NCBI GenBank assembly: GCA_000708835.1 | Contig: DF237465.1 | Location: 1 to 64,000 of the forward strand | Origin: Klebsormidium nitens | Lineage: Eukaryota > Plantae > Klebsormidiophyceae | Direction: 5' to 3' | DNA: 64,000 nt | Shown: positions 33,586-45,650 of the stretch, piece after piece | How positions within the stretch are numbered: the stretch's first letter is position 1 | Layout: each line of letters starts with the position of its first letter | Position numbers and translations under genes: made by a program | The notes under the pieces: model-generated | The model's database searches: none | Told to the model about the DNA's origin: nothing | The model's input: only the letters and a program-made list of their open reading frames with translations

Positions 33586-36500
33586 CTATCGTCCCTCCTC
33601 TCGCAGCGTCCCCGTGCCAGAGGGGAGGCCTAACAAGGAGGACAATTGGGCTGTGGAGTTCGCCAAACCTACTGGGACGTATTGTTGACTCCCTTGGTAG
33701 GCTACCTCTTGCAGTTGCTCAAGGCCGCCACCCGTGTCTGTGTGCCGTTGCTGCGGGAACTGTGCAGCGAAGCCGCCCCGATCCCGTCCATAATTACCCC
33801 ACCGAACTTCGGAGTAACCACTCTGTTGCTGGTAACTACCTTGGTTAGGGTGAAAACCGCTTTGGTTAGGTTGCACCGAGTACCCACCCTGGTTAGGCCG
33901 ATACAAGGACTCTGTTACGGCCGGGTCGAAACTCTGCGGAGCTCGTTGCGACTCCTCGGCCTGCGCGGCTGGACCCGCATTTACAGGGCCTCTCCAATCC
34001 TGACTGCGGTCACTCTGCGGCTGCACGCCGACGTAGAGGCCTTGCACAGACGGTTGTTCCTGCCACTGGTTGCGGAGGCCGTATTGGGCGGCCTGTTGTT
34101 GGGTTACAACACGACGGATAGGGAGGGGCTGCTGCGGAACAGGGCCCGAGCTTGGAGTTGGCGCCAGTGGGAGGCTTCGGAAATTAGTTGTGTCTCCGAG
34201 AGGACCCGAATTCAACCCTGAGCTTAACCCGGTTTGGCGGCTCGACACCCGGGCGTAGGAGGGGTGAGGTTCGGTGTAGACTGGGGCGGTGTTTAGGCCT
34301 TGGGGAGTGTGAGAAACCGGGAGACCGTGCATCCTCTGCTGGCTATCGAGGTTCAATAAAGCTTGCAAGGTCGAGGGAGGTGGGTTTTCAACCCCCCTGA
34401 CGGCAGCCGCTTGACCCGGTTTCGGAGCAACCTGAGGGTTTGGGAAAGCTGGGTTATGCGCCGCCCATTGGAGAGGCGCTAGACTAGAAGAACCGTCCGA
34501 GGCGCGGTGGGTCTCCGCCTGACTGACAAGGGTTTGCAACGTTTGGAGGTGCTGGGCGACCGATTGTAAGCTCGGATGGTGCTGGTTAAGCCGATAACCC
34601 CCGGACATGTTTGGCGGTGGGGCTTGTGGGTTAGGCGGATAACCGGCCGAGTTTGGCATGGAGGCTTGCGGACCGAGCGGGTGATTTGATTGCGCTGGAG
34701 CTCCGCCTAGCACTCTGGAACCCGCTGCTAAACCCGCTGCCAAACCCGGCTGCTGACCGCCAGGCCCTGTCGTGGGACCTCCCGCCGTCACCGACCCCGC
34801 TTTCTTGTCCTTCTTCGGCTTCGCAGGGCCTTTCTTGGCCTTCTTAGCACCCGTGTTCGGAGCGAATCCGGCGAGAGGTTGACCGGGAGGGAGCAGACCG
34901 ATCGGGGGGGCAAATTGCGGCCGGAAGAGCGGCCCCCCCTGAAGCTTAGCACCGCTCGGTTGGTTCGCCTCGGTAGACGGTCTCGAGATCGGACTCGCTC
35001 TTGCCCCGAGGCGCGGCCAATTGGGGGCCGTCTCCGGAGATTGCAACATACGCCGACTTTCTCCCGACTCTAGTTTCCCGGCCTCTCCCATTTCCGCGCC
35101 CTCTGCTCCGTCCTTGTTCTCTTCCCCCCCACTCCGGTCCCGGGGGGTGTTTATCGGGGCCGGCATCTGCGGCGGCGACATCGGATGGCTGCCCACCTTC
35201 TCCTTCGGGGGGATGATCCGGATCCGGACGATCTTCTTCTTGCCGTCCGAACCGGGAGCCGTCTTCGCCGCCAAACCCGCCTCCTGCGTTAACTTGGCGG
35301 AACCGCTCCCCGGCTGCGCGGAAACGCCAAAGCACGACCCCCCCGGACTTTGGTTTCCCAAATTCTCCAGACCCTGTTGTCCGGGACCCCCCATACCCTC
35401 TCCTCTTGACGCACCCCCCAATGCTCCCCCCTGCTTTTCCGCTGCCTTCTCCCCCGTTCCGTTCACGACCGACCGGAACTGCACCCCCCGGAAGTCATTG
35501 ACGCCCCCCAGACGCACCACCAGCCGCCCGTTCCCGCTATCCGACGGTCCTGGATCTCCGCTCACGCCACTCCCATTCTGCCCCCCCGCCACCAAGCCTT
35601 GCAAGGGACCCCCCGGGAGCCCCCCCCCTCCCCGTTTCTCGCCCCTCCATGCCCCCTGGTCGCGCCGCGCTTCTTCTTTCCGGCCCACAGGGGCACCCCC
35701 CCAAGTCGTCCCCCCTCGGGGATCCCCCCGATATCCACCCCCCCGCGCCAAGCCATCAATCGCGCCGCCCCCTCTTCTCCGCCCATTTCTGACCCCCCGC
35801 CGCCCGCTGTCTCATCCTCCGAAACCCCCTTGTTTTTGCTCGCCGACGGACGCCTGCGGCTGGGCCGGCGGCCCGGTTCGCTTCCCTCCTCGTCGGAACT
35901 AGAGGGGGGAGTGTCGGAGTCGTCTTCCCAGTCGTCGTCTTCTTTCGGCCGCCGGCGCAGTTGGCGCGTCGCGGGGCGCGGGTGCCGCTCGTCGGCTCTT
36001 CCCTCCGGAAGGCTCTCGTAGTCGTCGCTGGGGGCAAGAATGGGAGAAAGGTCAGTTTGACCTACAAACTCGTCGAAGTCTGCGACCATCAATATGCATC
36101 TGAGAGATTTGAGCGATGATCTTAACCTCAACTTTCTACTTCTCGAAGGAGAATAAAGCAGGACCGTGTACAGCTTTAGTCAACATTCGCTTACGGACAT
36201 CTACCTGGTTTCGGACAAGGACTACACCTGCAACGTATCTACCACACCAAAGCGGTAAGTGAGGATCAGAACCGGGATAACTCTTGATAGTCCCCTTCGT
36301 CGTCAGCGCGATAAAGTCGGATGCGACCATGCGAAAGTGCATCGCCAGATTGCTTTCCTGTTTTTCCTGATCTTAAACATGCACCTCAACCGCCTAAAAA
36401 TCAGAAATCGAAAAGCAGGTTCATGTGAACGGGGCTAGTTGGCCATGGATGCTGAAGCTTGATAAACGATCAAAGCGGGCCGCGTCTTAGCCCCATGAAG

Positions 36501-39500
36501 AAGTTTCAGGAAGGTTTTTCACTGCCTGGGGTTGGCAACATACGCTACGAGGACACGCCCGAACAGCAGCGACCTTCAAACCGCCGAAAGCGGTTTCTGA
36601 GCGAAATCCAATGTCAAGGAGAAACTTTTAAACGCTGTTGAAAGGTGCAGCAGCCCTGTAACGATTCAAACCCTAGAGCTTTCAAAGCTCAGGACAGCAG
36701 GGTCCTCACTCGCGCTTCCTCTTGATGACCCGCCCGAACCTGGACGTACTGGGCGCTTCCTCGCCCGTCCGCCGCCGCCTTCCGGACCCTCCGGACGATT
36801 CCCCGCCGTCCGAGAGCCCCCGCCCCCGGCGAGACGACGGGCGCAGACCTCTTCGGGTGGCCCGCGCAATGCCGCTGCCGTCGTCGTCACTATCGGAAAT
36901 CGACCCTGCAAAGAGAGAGAGTTTACATATCCAAATGATAAGCTGCACGAAGAATGAGATCAAAGCAAAGTGGGAACGACAAAATATAACAGGACGGGCG
37001 CAGGCCTCTTTGGGTGGCCCGCGCAACGCCGCTTCTGTCGTCGTCACTATCGGAGACCGATAAAACCACAGCGTGATGCCTGGTAAGTTGCGCGTTTCTC
37101 TTCCTCGATTGCGCCCCAAGGATTTGGCGGACGGACACGATCTACGTCGAAACGCAAATTTTGCTCTCAGACAGACCTCCAAACTTACTCAATTCTGGTT
37201 AGTGAATTCTTACCCGAATCGTCATCCTCGTCTCCCTCCTCCACGTCCCCCTCAAAGTCGTCTCGGAAGACAGTCGGCTGGCGGGGCGGCTGCGAGAGCG
37301 GGGGCGGCAGCGGCGCGGGTTCCAGGCGGGGCCCGTCTGCGTGGTGGCTGGTCCACACGTGGTGGCGGAGCGGCTGCGATGCGGCGGCTTGCGCGGCAAA
37401 GATCACCTGGGGGGTGGGCATCCTGCAGAACACATGGCACAGGAATTTAAACATTCAGTATTGGTGAGAATGGAAGAAGGGCTACATCGACGCAGTATTC
37501 CTGACATTCCAGTTCAATGGAGGCCAGCAGCGGAGTGCAATTCAAAGGACTAGGGAGTAGGCAACCTGCATAAAGTTGGCATGAAAAGTTATTGAGATCA
37601 GAACTAAACACGAAAGGATGCTGAGTCGGAGGTTTATCAACCTGTTAATTCATGTCTTGATAAGCTCCGACAAAATCCAGCGGCGAGATTTGAGAAGCGG
37701 AAGCCAGCGCCAGGAGTCGACCTGGGAGTGGGGCATCCTGGACCCTAAAAAAGCGAACACTTGACAAGATGGATTGGAGCGTCAAGATGGTCGGAAAAGT
37801 TTTCTGCAAATGATGAATGTCTTCTCGTCTGAAGTAGAAGCCCGATCGACCCTCCATACCCACCTCGCCATCGGCACGGGCAGCTCCGCCGCGAGCAGCG
37901 CCCCCGCGCCCCCGAACGCGCGCGCGCGCTCCGCCTGGTACGCGCTCTGCCACGGCTCCGGGTACGGCTCCATCTGCGCGTTGCACAGCGGGTCCTGGAG
38001 GTTGCGCAAGTGGACCGGGATGTCCATCGTGACGTCTTGCACGTAGCCGTTGACGTCTTCCGCCGTCTCCAGGTAGTCGCCCAGGAAGAACTGGTCGGGG
38101 GCCGCGGTGCGGTGCTGGCCGGGCGAGCCGGTGGCGTAGTAGTACACCTCGCCGATCTGCACGACAGAACGAAGTCCGTTTCGGTACTCGGATTTTAGAA
38201 AGGCTTTCGTTATGTCGAAGTTTGTTTTCGTCTATTTTGTCTGGGGGTCTGGATCCATCCTCCGTATAAGATGTGACACAGATTGCGAACACCCCAAAGG
38301 AACCATCTGCCACAGGTAGATGCTGTTACTGATGATTGTAAGGAAGTAAAGCAAGGGTCAGGGTTCGCTTGATCGTCCGGTCCTAGTTTGGGTTGGGGGC
38401 GGTATGGAAGCTGAAAAGGAAAGGGAGACGAAGGAAGGAAAAGGGAGAAGTTCAATCAGCCCACATCCTGTTCTTAAACTCCTACTCCTACTCCTAACAC
38501 TATGACGGAAGAGCAACGAAAATTAGTCTTAATGACGCGTCTTCCAACGAGCGCTTTAAGTATATGGGAGCGCCAGCGACTAGGAGCGGAGTGCGGAGAC
38601 CCAACCACTCACCAGAAAAACAAATGCTTTTCATCAGAGACAATTGCAGACGACCAGAAGCAATGTCAGGAGAAGGAAGAGACAAACAAGAACAGAATCC
38701 AACGCCCACAAGCCTTTGAGCCGAGCACCACTCGCAAGCAGATCGTACAGGCGACAACAAAATAACGAAGGCGCGACACAAAACGGACAGGTATTGGAGA
38801 GAAAAGCCGTAGGGGCGGACGTCAACACCTCGTTGGACGCAATGATCGCGGTCCCGTCCGGCGAGAAGCGCGCGTCGACCAGTTCCAGCTCCGCCTGCTG
38901 GAAGGTGCGCAGCGCGCGGCCGGCCCAGAGGTCCCAGATGATCAGCCGCCCGTCGTAGCCGGCGCTGAGAGCCATACGGGGATCCGTGGGGTGCACGTCT
39001 AAGACGTACGTCGCCTGCGGAAAGAGAAAAGGAACTTTCCAGCTACGGATACCCTTCTGGTGAGTGTGGGATAGCGGGTCGGGAACGAAGCTTCCACTAG
39101 GAAAAATTAGCTGAACCAGCCTGGGACGGGTGGGGTTAGTTTGGCGGTTTGGGGTGGGAACGGGTACGGGGCAGGTAAATCAGTGGGTTAGGTTTCTAGC
39201 AATTTAATGTAGGAGCTCACTTCTGCTAAACTGAAGGGAAATGGGTCGGGACCCTTCCAGGAAGCGCCCCGGCTTGCCGGGCGCCCCAACAGGAACCACC
39301 TCGCCTCCGTTTCCTCTTCTCGGGAAAAGCTAAAACTGTTAAGTACAACAATGAGGCCAAGCTCGTGCCGTACTCATCAACAGGGTAACCGAAGAACCGT
39401 CTGAACCTAGATGTGAAAAACGTGGGAACGCGCAAGTTGAACTTTGGCTTAAGATGGTCGGACAACTGTAATTATGGTATTGCTTCGGCGTTGAAAGGTG

Positions 39501-42500
39501 ACCTGAAAACTCCAGCCGCCCTTTGGCACCGACAAGGAATGTTGTTTTATTGTCATCATGACTATATAACAATGAAAAGGGTCGTAATGGGTCGACTCCC
39601 AGCTGGTCTCTTACTCATTTGTTTTGCATGAGGGCCGCTGAAGAAAGAGCTACGAGGGGGACGAATATGAAGGCTTTTGTAACGGCTACAACCAGTGATT
39701 ACCCATATCTACGTACCATACCTTCTCGACTACGTCAAGAGACGAAGTCGCGCGGTTGAAAATCTATTGCATCCTTACAACTTACCCGCTTGAGAAAACT
39801 ACACTTCTGACAAAAAACTTAGCCCACCAGTTGCGATCTCTGAATAAGATCCATGCCGCATGGTAGAAGAGACGGCGATTACATTCCGACATGTGATGCA
39901 CCTGGTCCGTGCATCTGCCTTTACTTCAATGATGGACGGCGGATTTGTATCGTGACAGATACGCAACCGAGCACGCGACGATTTGCAAAAAGCTTCGATT
40001 TAGCAGAAGCAAGCTTTAGCAGAAGTAAGCTGACCAGCCTGGACGGGTGGGGTTAGTTTAGATTTCAGCGTGGGTATGGGTGCGGAGCAAGTGATTTTGT
40101 GGGTTAGGTTTTCAGTGTTAAGGTTGGAGCTACTTTTGCTAAATTCAGGAGACTATAGTTTGCCCTCACCTTAGTGTGCCCATTCAGGGAGTGCACCAGC
40201 GTGCCGTCCCGCGCGTTCCAGACGCAGATGCGGCAGTCCATGATCGCCGCCAGGACGAACCGGTTGTCAAGCGACCACACGATCATGTTCACGCCCCGGG
40301 GGGTAGGATATGGGTGGCGCGGGAGCCCCCTGACTGTGGGCGGGACGGGGGGCTCGGGGACCTTCAGCGTGTGCGTCTTGACCCAGCTCATTATCTTGCT
40401 CTGAGGAAGAAAAGAGAGTACATGCTATTGAGTTTGATACAAGAGTCATTGAAACGAGAATTCGTGAGCATCGTTTTAACCCTGAGCCGCTTGAGGTAAA
40501 CGTGAATCGCGTCATTTTCGGGAAACATCTTTCGAGAACAAACTTTGTAGAAGCAGCTCTTACGCTCGAGATGTGCTCAAGCAACGAGAGGCGCAACAAC
40601 CAAAACGGTAGAAGTTGAAAAGTCTAGAATCTAACTTTCAAACTGGATACGGTCTACACAGTTGCGTCATAAGAAATTGCCGACTTCAAATTGCCCTTTC
40701 GTTCCAACAAAGTATCGAATATATCACATTGTAAGAATCGGCTCCATCGATTTCGTTTTCATCACACTGTCGGACGCCTGCTCAAAACGTTCGGTACGTG
40801 CAGACCCTTGCCAAAACGGCACTGATTCCTCTAAGTGCCGTGAAAAGTTTGTCCAAACTCACGTGCGTCTTCTTGGGCATCCAGATGATAGCGCTCCCGT
40901 CTTTAGAGCAGCTGACGATGTTCGCCGCGAGCGGAGCGACTTTAAATATGCGCGCACCGGCAGAGCCGTAAGAGGACGCAAGTTCTGGCGCGGTAGAGGG
41001 ACCGCATCCGCTGAACTGGACGAAGTTGACCTGGTTCTCGTGGCCTGCCAGCGTGTCAATCTCGTGCATCGAGTAGAGGGGGAACAACTCGGGGAGCGTG
41101 GGCGTCGACCAGACCTGCAAAGAGATGGTTCCGGTGTCTTTCGTCCTGTCCATACTTTGTGCTTCGTTTATCCTTTACTCTTGTCTCCTGTCCGTGTTGT
41201 TTGCTTGCCTCAGCCATAGATTTTGTCTCGTCATTGATAGGTTGCCAGATAGCTGCGGATACTCGAATGGGCTCGCCCGAGTTGACAAATTCGAGCGATT
41301 CTGCCAATTGAGCGGTGCTTTTCCCATATAGCTAGAATTTGGAACGGTGTTGAAAGCTGTTATCTGTCGTTGTGAGCGCATGGCTGGCAACTAACGGAGC
41401 AGAACCACTCAACCGACTCCCCAAAGGGTATTGTGGTGAACGGACCCAAGAGACTGTAATTGCAGCCAACTGTTGAGAAGCGCAAGCTTGATCTCGGAGG
41501 ACTTTCTTCCAGCCCACCTTTTCAAAACTCTCAGGCAGTAAACCATGAAGCCCTCCAAAAGTTCTCAAGCAAGACAGTGACTGTCTCCGCCCCTCAAAAC
41601 AAGTTCCTCGGTCCTGGCAAGGCACACCAACCTTCAATCTTAAGCACGACTACTCTAACTAGGGTAAAAGCGCCACCAACGCTTTTGAGATGGGCCCATA
41701 TGACAAGCCAGCATGGTGTCTCACCCTGGCCATCTTGTCAGTGCTTCCAGTCACAAAGAAGCGCCCGTCCGGGTTGTAGCTCGCCGCCAAGATCTCGTCC
41801 TTGGCAGCCGTTTTGGCCTTCTCTGCACCTGGCAGCGGTTTCGGGATGTATACCTGCGGCTTCACCTTGGAGCTGCGGGCGTCCCAGATGCGGCACGTGT
41901 TGTCTTCGGACGCCCTGCAGCGTCCGAACATATGCCTTTAGCGTCCAAGATTGTTCAGAAGTGGAACTAGAGAGTAAGAAGCTTGAAACATATTGCTAGG
42001 TCTCCCTTTTGGGGGCCTTGGATGGATTGCACTGCACAAAGACGTTCGATAGCGCTAGAACGATAGAACAATTAAAGTGAGAAAACATTGGTAAGCTTTC
42101 TGACCAAGCTCTTCTGTTAGTAATCACTTCCAGAATGGGAACAAAGCCTAGCTGCGCCGATTGCTGGCCCGCTAAGAAGATGATAAAGAAAAAAAAAACA
42201 GAATGCAAATCAGGAGGTCAAAGAGGGTCGTATCAACAGCAGAAAGCTTTGATTTTGCCAGCAAGCGCAGTACATGCAGAAAGAACGTTGGACACTCGCC
42301 TCTACTACTTCAACAATTTAAACGGTGAACGAGGAAGGGCAGCTTACGAGAGCAGCTGGTGCTCAAAGCCAGGGCGGGGGCTGAACTGGACCGCTGTCAC
42401 CGGGTTGGCATGCCCTTTCAACACGGATATTGGGTTGCCAAAGGGAAGAGACCATATGCGAATGGAGTGGTCGTTGGAGCCAGACGCCACGAACTTGTTG

Positions 42501-44574
42501 TCAGCGGACACGGTGAGATCCGTGATGTCGCCCTGCGGTCTCAACCGGAACAGGAGTCAGATCCGTTGAAAAGTGGGGCCAGGTGAGATAAAGAGGGCAA
42601 CAAAAGTAGAAAACTTACAAACGGAAGTTCTTTGGTAATGTGTGTGGTGACAATTGAATTCACCACTGCGTCGCCTGCATCAACGTCTAGAATCGACAGA
42701 GCTCATCATTGTCAAATGGTGACGTTAATAATCTGTAACAAACTCAACTCGCTGGCAGGCAAAGAAATCTAGTTGCATGCTAGAACTTCTGAAGAATCGT
42801 CGAGAAAACCTTTTGAGGTTTTCACCGTCGGGACATGAAAAGGGTGAGGACAATGCGAGGCCCGGGCCCGACTCACCGTGTGGCCCCTACACGTGCGCAG
42901 CAAGATCCCGGTGTTCATGCTCCATATTTTCACCAGAAAGTCGTCCGAGCCTGTCACCACGAGCCTCCCGCTGCGGTCGAACACCGTGCAGTACACAGCG
43001 TTCCGATGGCCCCTCAGAGTGGACAGACGCTCCATCCGTTCCACCAGCAGCGCAGGGTGCCCTAGAGCGTACTCCCCCGCCTTCCGAGCAGGCAACCGGT
43101 TGGTGGGGCCTGAGAACCCTCCCCCGATCTCTCTCAGCATCATCCCTAGCACGTGCCCTGCTTGGCTGTTAGGCCATCGAAGCCACTTGGGTAAGGGCTT
43201 CTGCTGGAGAGAAGCAGCGCGCTCCTTCTCGAGAAGCGAGAAGGGGCCCGTACCGAGGATTGTGTTTGCACTGGCAACGGTGAGGGTTCGCTCGTGGGGG
43301 CTGTCGGGGGGGCTGTGGTCGGCCGCGGTGGTGTGCATCAGCTGAAGGAGTAGCCTGCGCAGGTGGTCCTGGCTGATGCTGGGATGCCTGTGGGGGAGGA
43401 GGAACTTCCAAGTGAGGGCAAAGCTCGTACCCTGTCACAAGCCTGGTCGTACCCCCTCAATTGCTGATTGACTTGGTCAGCGGAGTCTCGTCACACAAAA
43501 ATCGCGGCAAAGCCTACAGCGTTGAAATCAGTCTTGGAGCCTGCTCAACATGGCCCTGCAGATCCCACCACTCGGATCCAACAGCTAGCGAGAATATTAT
43601 TTTTTGCTCTGGGCTATTGGGTCGGAGATGTTATTCGCAACACTGTCGTAGTGTCCAATGTGCATACCTTCCATCAAAAAGTGGACGTCCCGTAGTTCCC
43701 ACCCTATCATTCACGAGATATGACAAGAAGATGCAAACCTCAAATACAGAACCGATTCAAGCCGGATTTACTGCAGCAAGACAAATGCTGCATCAACCAG
43801 GTAGAATGACCATTCAAGTGCAGCAAGTCTGCAAAATTGACAACATCCCTCAGATGGAAACGCAGAAAGGAATACTGAAGTGGTGAATGCCAACATCAGA
43901 CCTCCTGAGCAGCCCACGCACACAAAATGTATGTTACTGGGTGCTGAAGCTCTTTCCATGGCTTTTCCCCACGGCTCAAAACCTCTCAGCATCATGCAAG
44001 CTTTTCACTCCTAAAAAGGTCGAGATGCTGGGCGCAAGGGACGTTTAAGGTCAGCCTGTCCAAGAATGAACATACTCATGCTATTTTTCACTTGCCAAGA
44101 ATCTCAAACAACATCAGACGATTGTTAACATAAAGCAATCGCTCTCTTCGCTTCCATTCGCCCTCGACGCCACCTCATTTGACAGTTTCAGTTATTGAGC
44201 TCTGTCGATTTTTATTTGGACCTGCCATCTTACCTTGCAGCCACCTCCTCGTAAGACACCGAAAGCGTCCTCCCATTATCGCCCACCAGCTCTGACGGCT
44301 GCCCGCTGCTGCTGTGGAAGGCATGGCCGCGGCGTGGCAGAAGGTCGTGCTCTCTAAGCTCCTGCTTCAACAACTCTGCAGCTTTGACACACGGGCCAGC
44401 AGACAGGAAGTGTGCCACCAAAAAGTACACTTCTCGCATGTCAATGAAAGGAGCTGCGTTCCTGATGGGACTAACTTGAACTGACGCACTTGGTGGACGA
44501 GTTGGGGGCTGCTTCGCAAGAGCTGCAGGCGCGTTCTGAATCTTCTTGTACGGCACCCCTTGGTTCCCAGCCAT
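33586..44574 (-). CDS. BRWD/PHIP-like WD40-repeat protein; exons 44574-44234, 43387-42877, 42532-42348, 41914-41725, 41114-40863, 40400-40170, 39014-38829, 38156-37864, 37422-37214, 36905-36710, 36027-(35562 or 33586)
   Basis: Characteristic N-terminus (EVYFLVAHFLSAGPC) and LRGHRNAVYCTVFDRSGRLVVTGSDDFLVKIWS. Also PTPRGVNMIVWSLDNRFVLAAIMDCRICVWN, ATYVLDVHP and PDQFFLGDY...PYPEPWQS. Phases are consistent through exon 11. The 3' end is ambiguous (see frameshift finding). Confidence 0.88.
39097..39230 (+). mobile_element. MITE-like element: G/T-rich core with degenerate inverted arms
   Basis: Core cgggtggggttagtttgg... is shared with 40015, 44862 and 62568. The right arm agctcacttctgctaaa matches the 40015 copy. 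Confidence 0.55.
40015..40143 (+). mobile_element. MITE-like element: core with 16-17 bp inverted arms
   Basis: tttagcagaagtaagct ... agctacttttgctaaa. No target-site duplication is evident. Confidence 0.65.
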
Positions 44575-44861
44575 GTTTGATGCAAGTGACGCAAACTTCC
44601 TTTAACTAGCTTTCAATCATGCAAACAAGCTTGGCCTCGACATGTTTCCGCTCATGGGATAAGAACGTTAACAGATAAACCCCAACGCATTTCGAGGCTT
44701 GCCGCAGCGCCAGAACGTTTTCGAGGCTTCAACAACTCAGCGTCCAGCATCCGCCATTCTTGAAGGAAAGAAGCGTCTAGGAACTACAGAAACGTTGTCC
44801 TCAATTCGAGACCCGAACTCAGAGCAGGCCTGCACGAGCATGCGTCGTCTCAATAACCATG

Positions 44862-45032
44862 AACTTTAATAGTAATAAGGATCTTAAGGTACTGAAAGTA
44901 CTGGATTTCCGACTTAACCAACACTAAAACCCTAAGGACAAAATGACTCGCTCCGCACCCGAACCCACCCTAACCACCAAACTAACCCCACCCGTACTCG
45001 TGTACCTTAAGTTCCTTATTACAATTAAAGTT
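44862..45032 (-). mobile_element. MITE-like element: same core (reverse orientation) with 31-bp inverted arms
   Basis: 44862-44892 aactttaatagtaataaggatcttaaggtac versus the reverse complement of 45002-45032 (2 mismatches). Confidence 0.7.
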
Positions 45033-45650
45033 TATCCCTATTCGTCATCTCTGTAATCCTGTACTAGCCTAGTCGGACTCGTAGAGTTTAGAGAGTACTA
45101 GAGACTGATTCTGAAGCTGCGACTCGCGACTCGCGAGCACCTTTTCGAAAGAAGCTGATTCAAACTCGACAAGGTTCGAACTGGAGCACGATTCCCGCCA
45201 GTTTTGTACCGGGCACAAAACAGCTCCCGAGTACTTCGGCATTGGCCGGGGGGGGAAAACGTAGATCGATCGAATAGACGGCCAGGCCGGGTTGTTGTTT
45301 TCACCGGCCCCGCTCGGCCTTCGGAGCTTCCGAGCCCTGACCGGGGCAACCCAGCGCCGGGTGCCGACTAGGTTCGAGGTGGCCCGGCTGGTCAACTGAA
45401 ATTTTGAATCCTTTAGTGGTACCGGTACCTACGTAGGCTAGGTAGGGTACCGCAAGCCCAGTACCGTACCGTGTACGTTTTAAAGACCGGTATGTACCGC
45501 GGCAAGAGAGAAGGCTGCAATACGGCGTCGGTAGGTAGGTACCTGGCAATGCGCTGCATGATTTTGAAGAAGACGCGCTGCTCTTCTCCATTGCTCCGCT
45601 TTGCTGGATTTGATTTCTGAAGGGAGCCAAAGCGTTGAACTTGAAGGACC

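Noticed and set aside
33586-36131. Multiple long overlapping ORFs on both strands (e.g. 35021-35902 +, 33646-34221 +)
   Set aside because: These are GC-rich, stop-poor shadows of the BRWD terminal exon.
44883-45011. TTAA-GGTAC...GTACC-TTAA read as a Kolobok/piggyBac-type element with a TTAA target duplication
   Set aside because: The inverted match extends about 20 bp beyond the TTAA on both sides, so TTAA is inside the arms and is not a TSD.
45424-45543. GTAC-rich stretch with 9-bp inverted ends upstream of the F-box gene
   Set aside because: The arms are too short for low-complexity sequence, with no second copy and no TSD.
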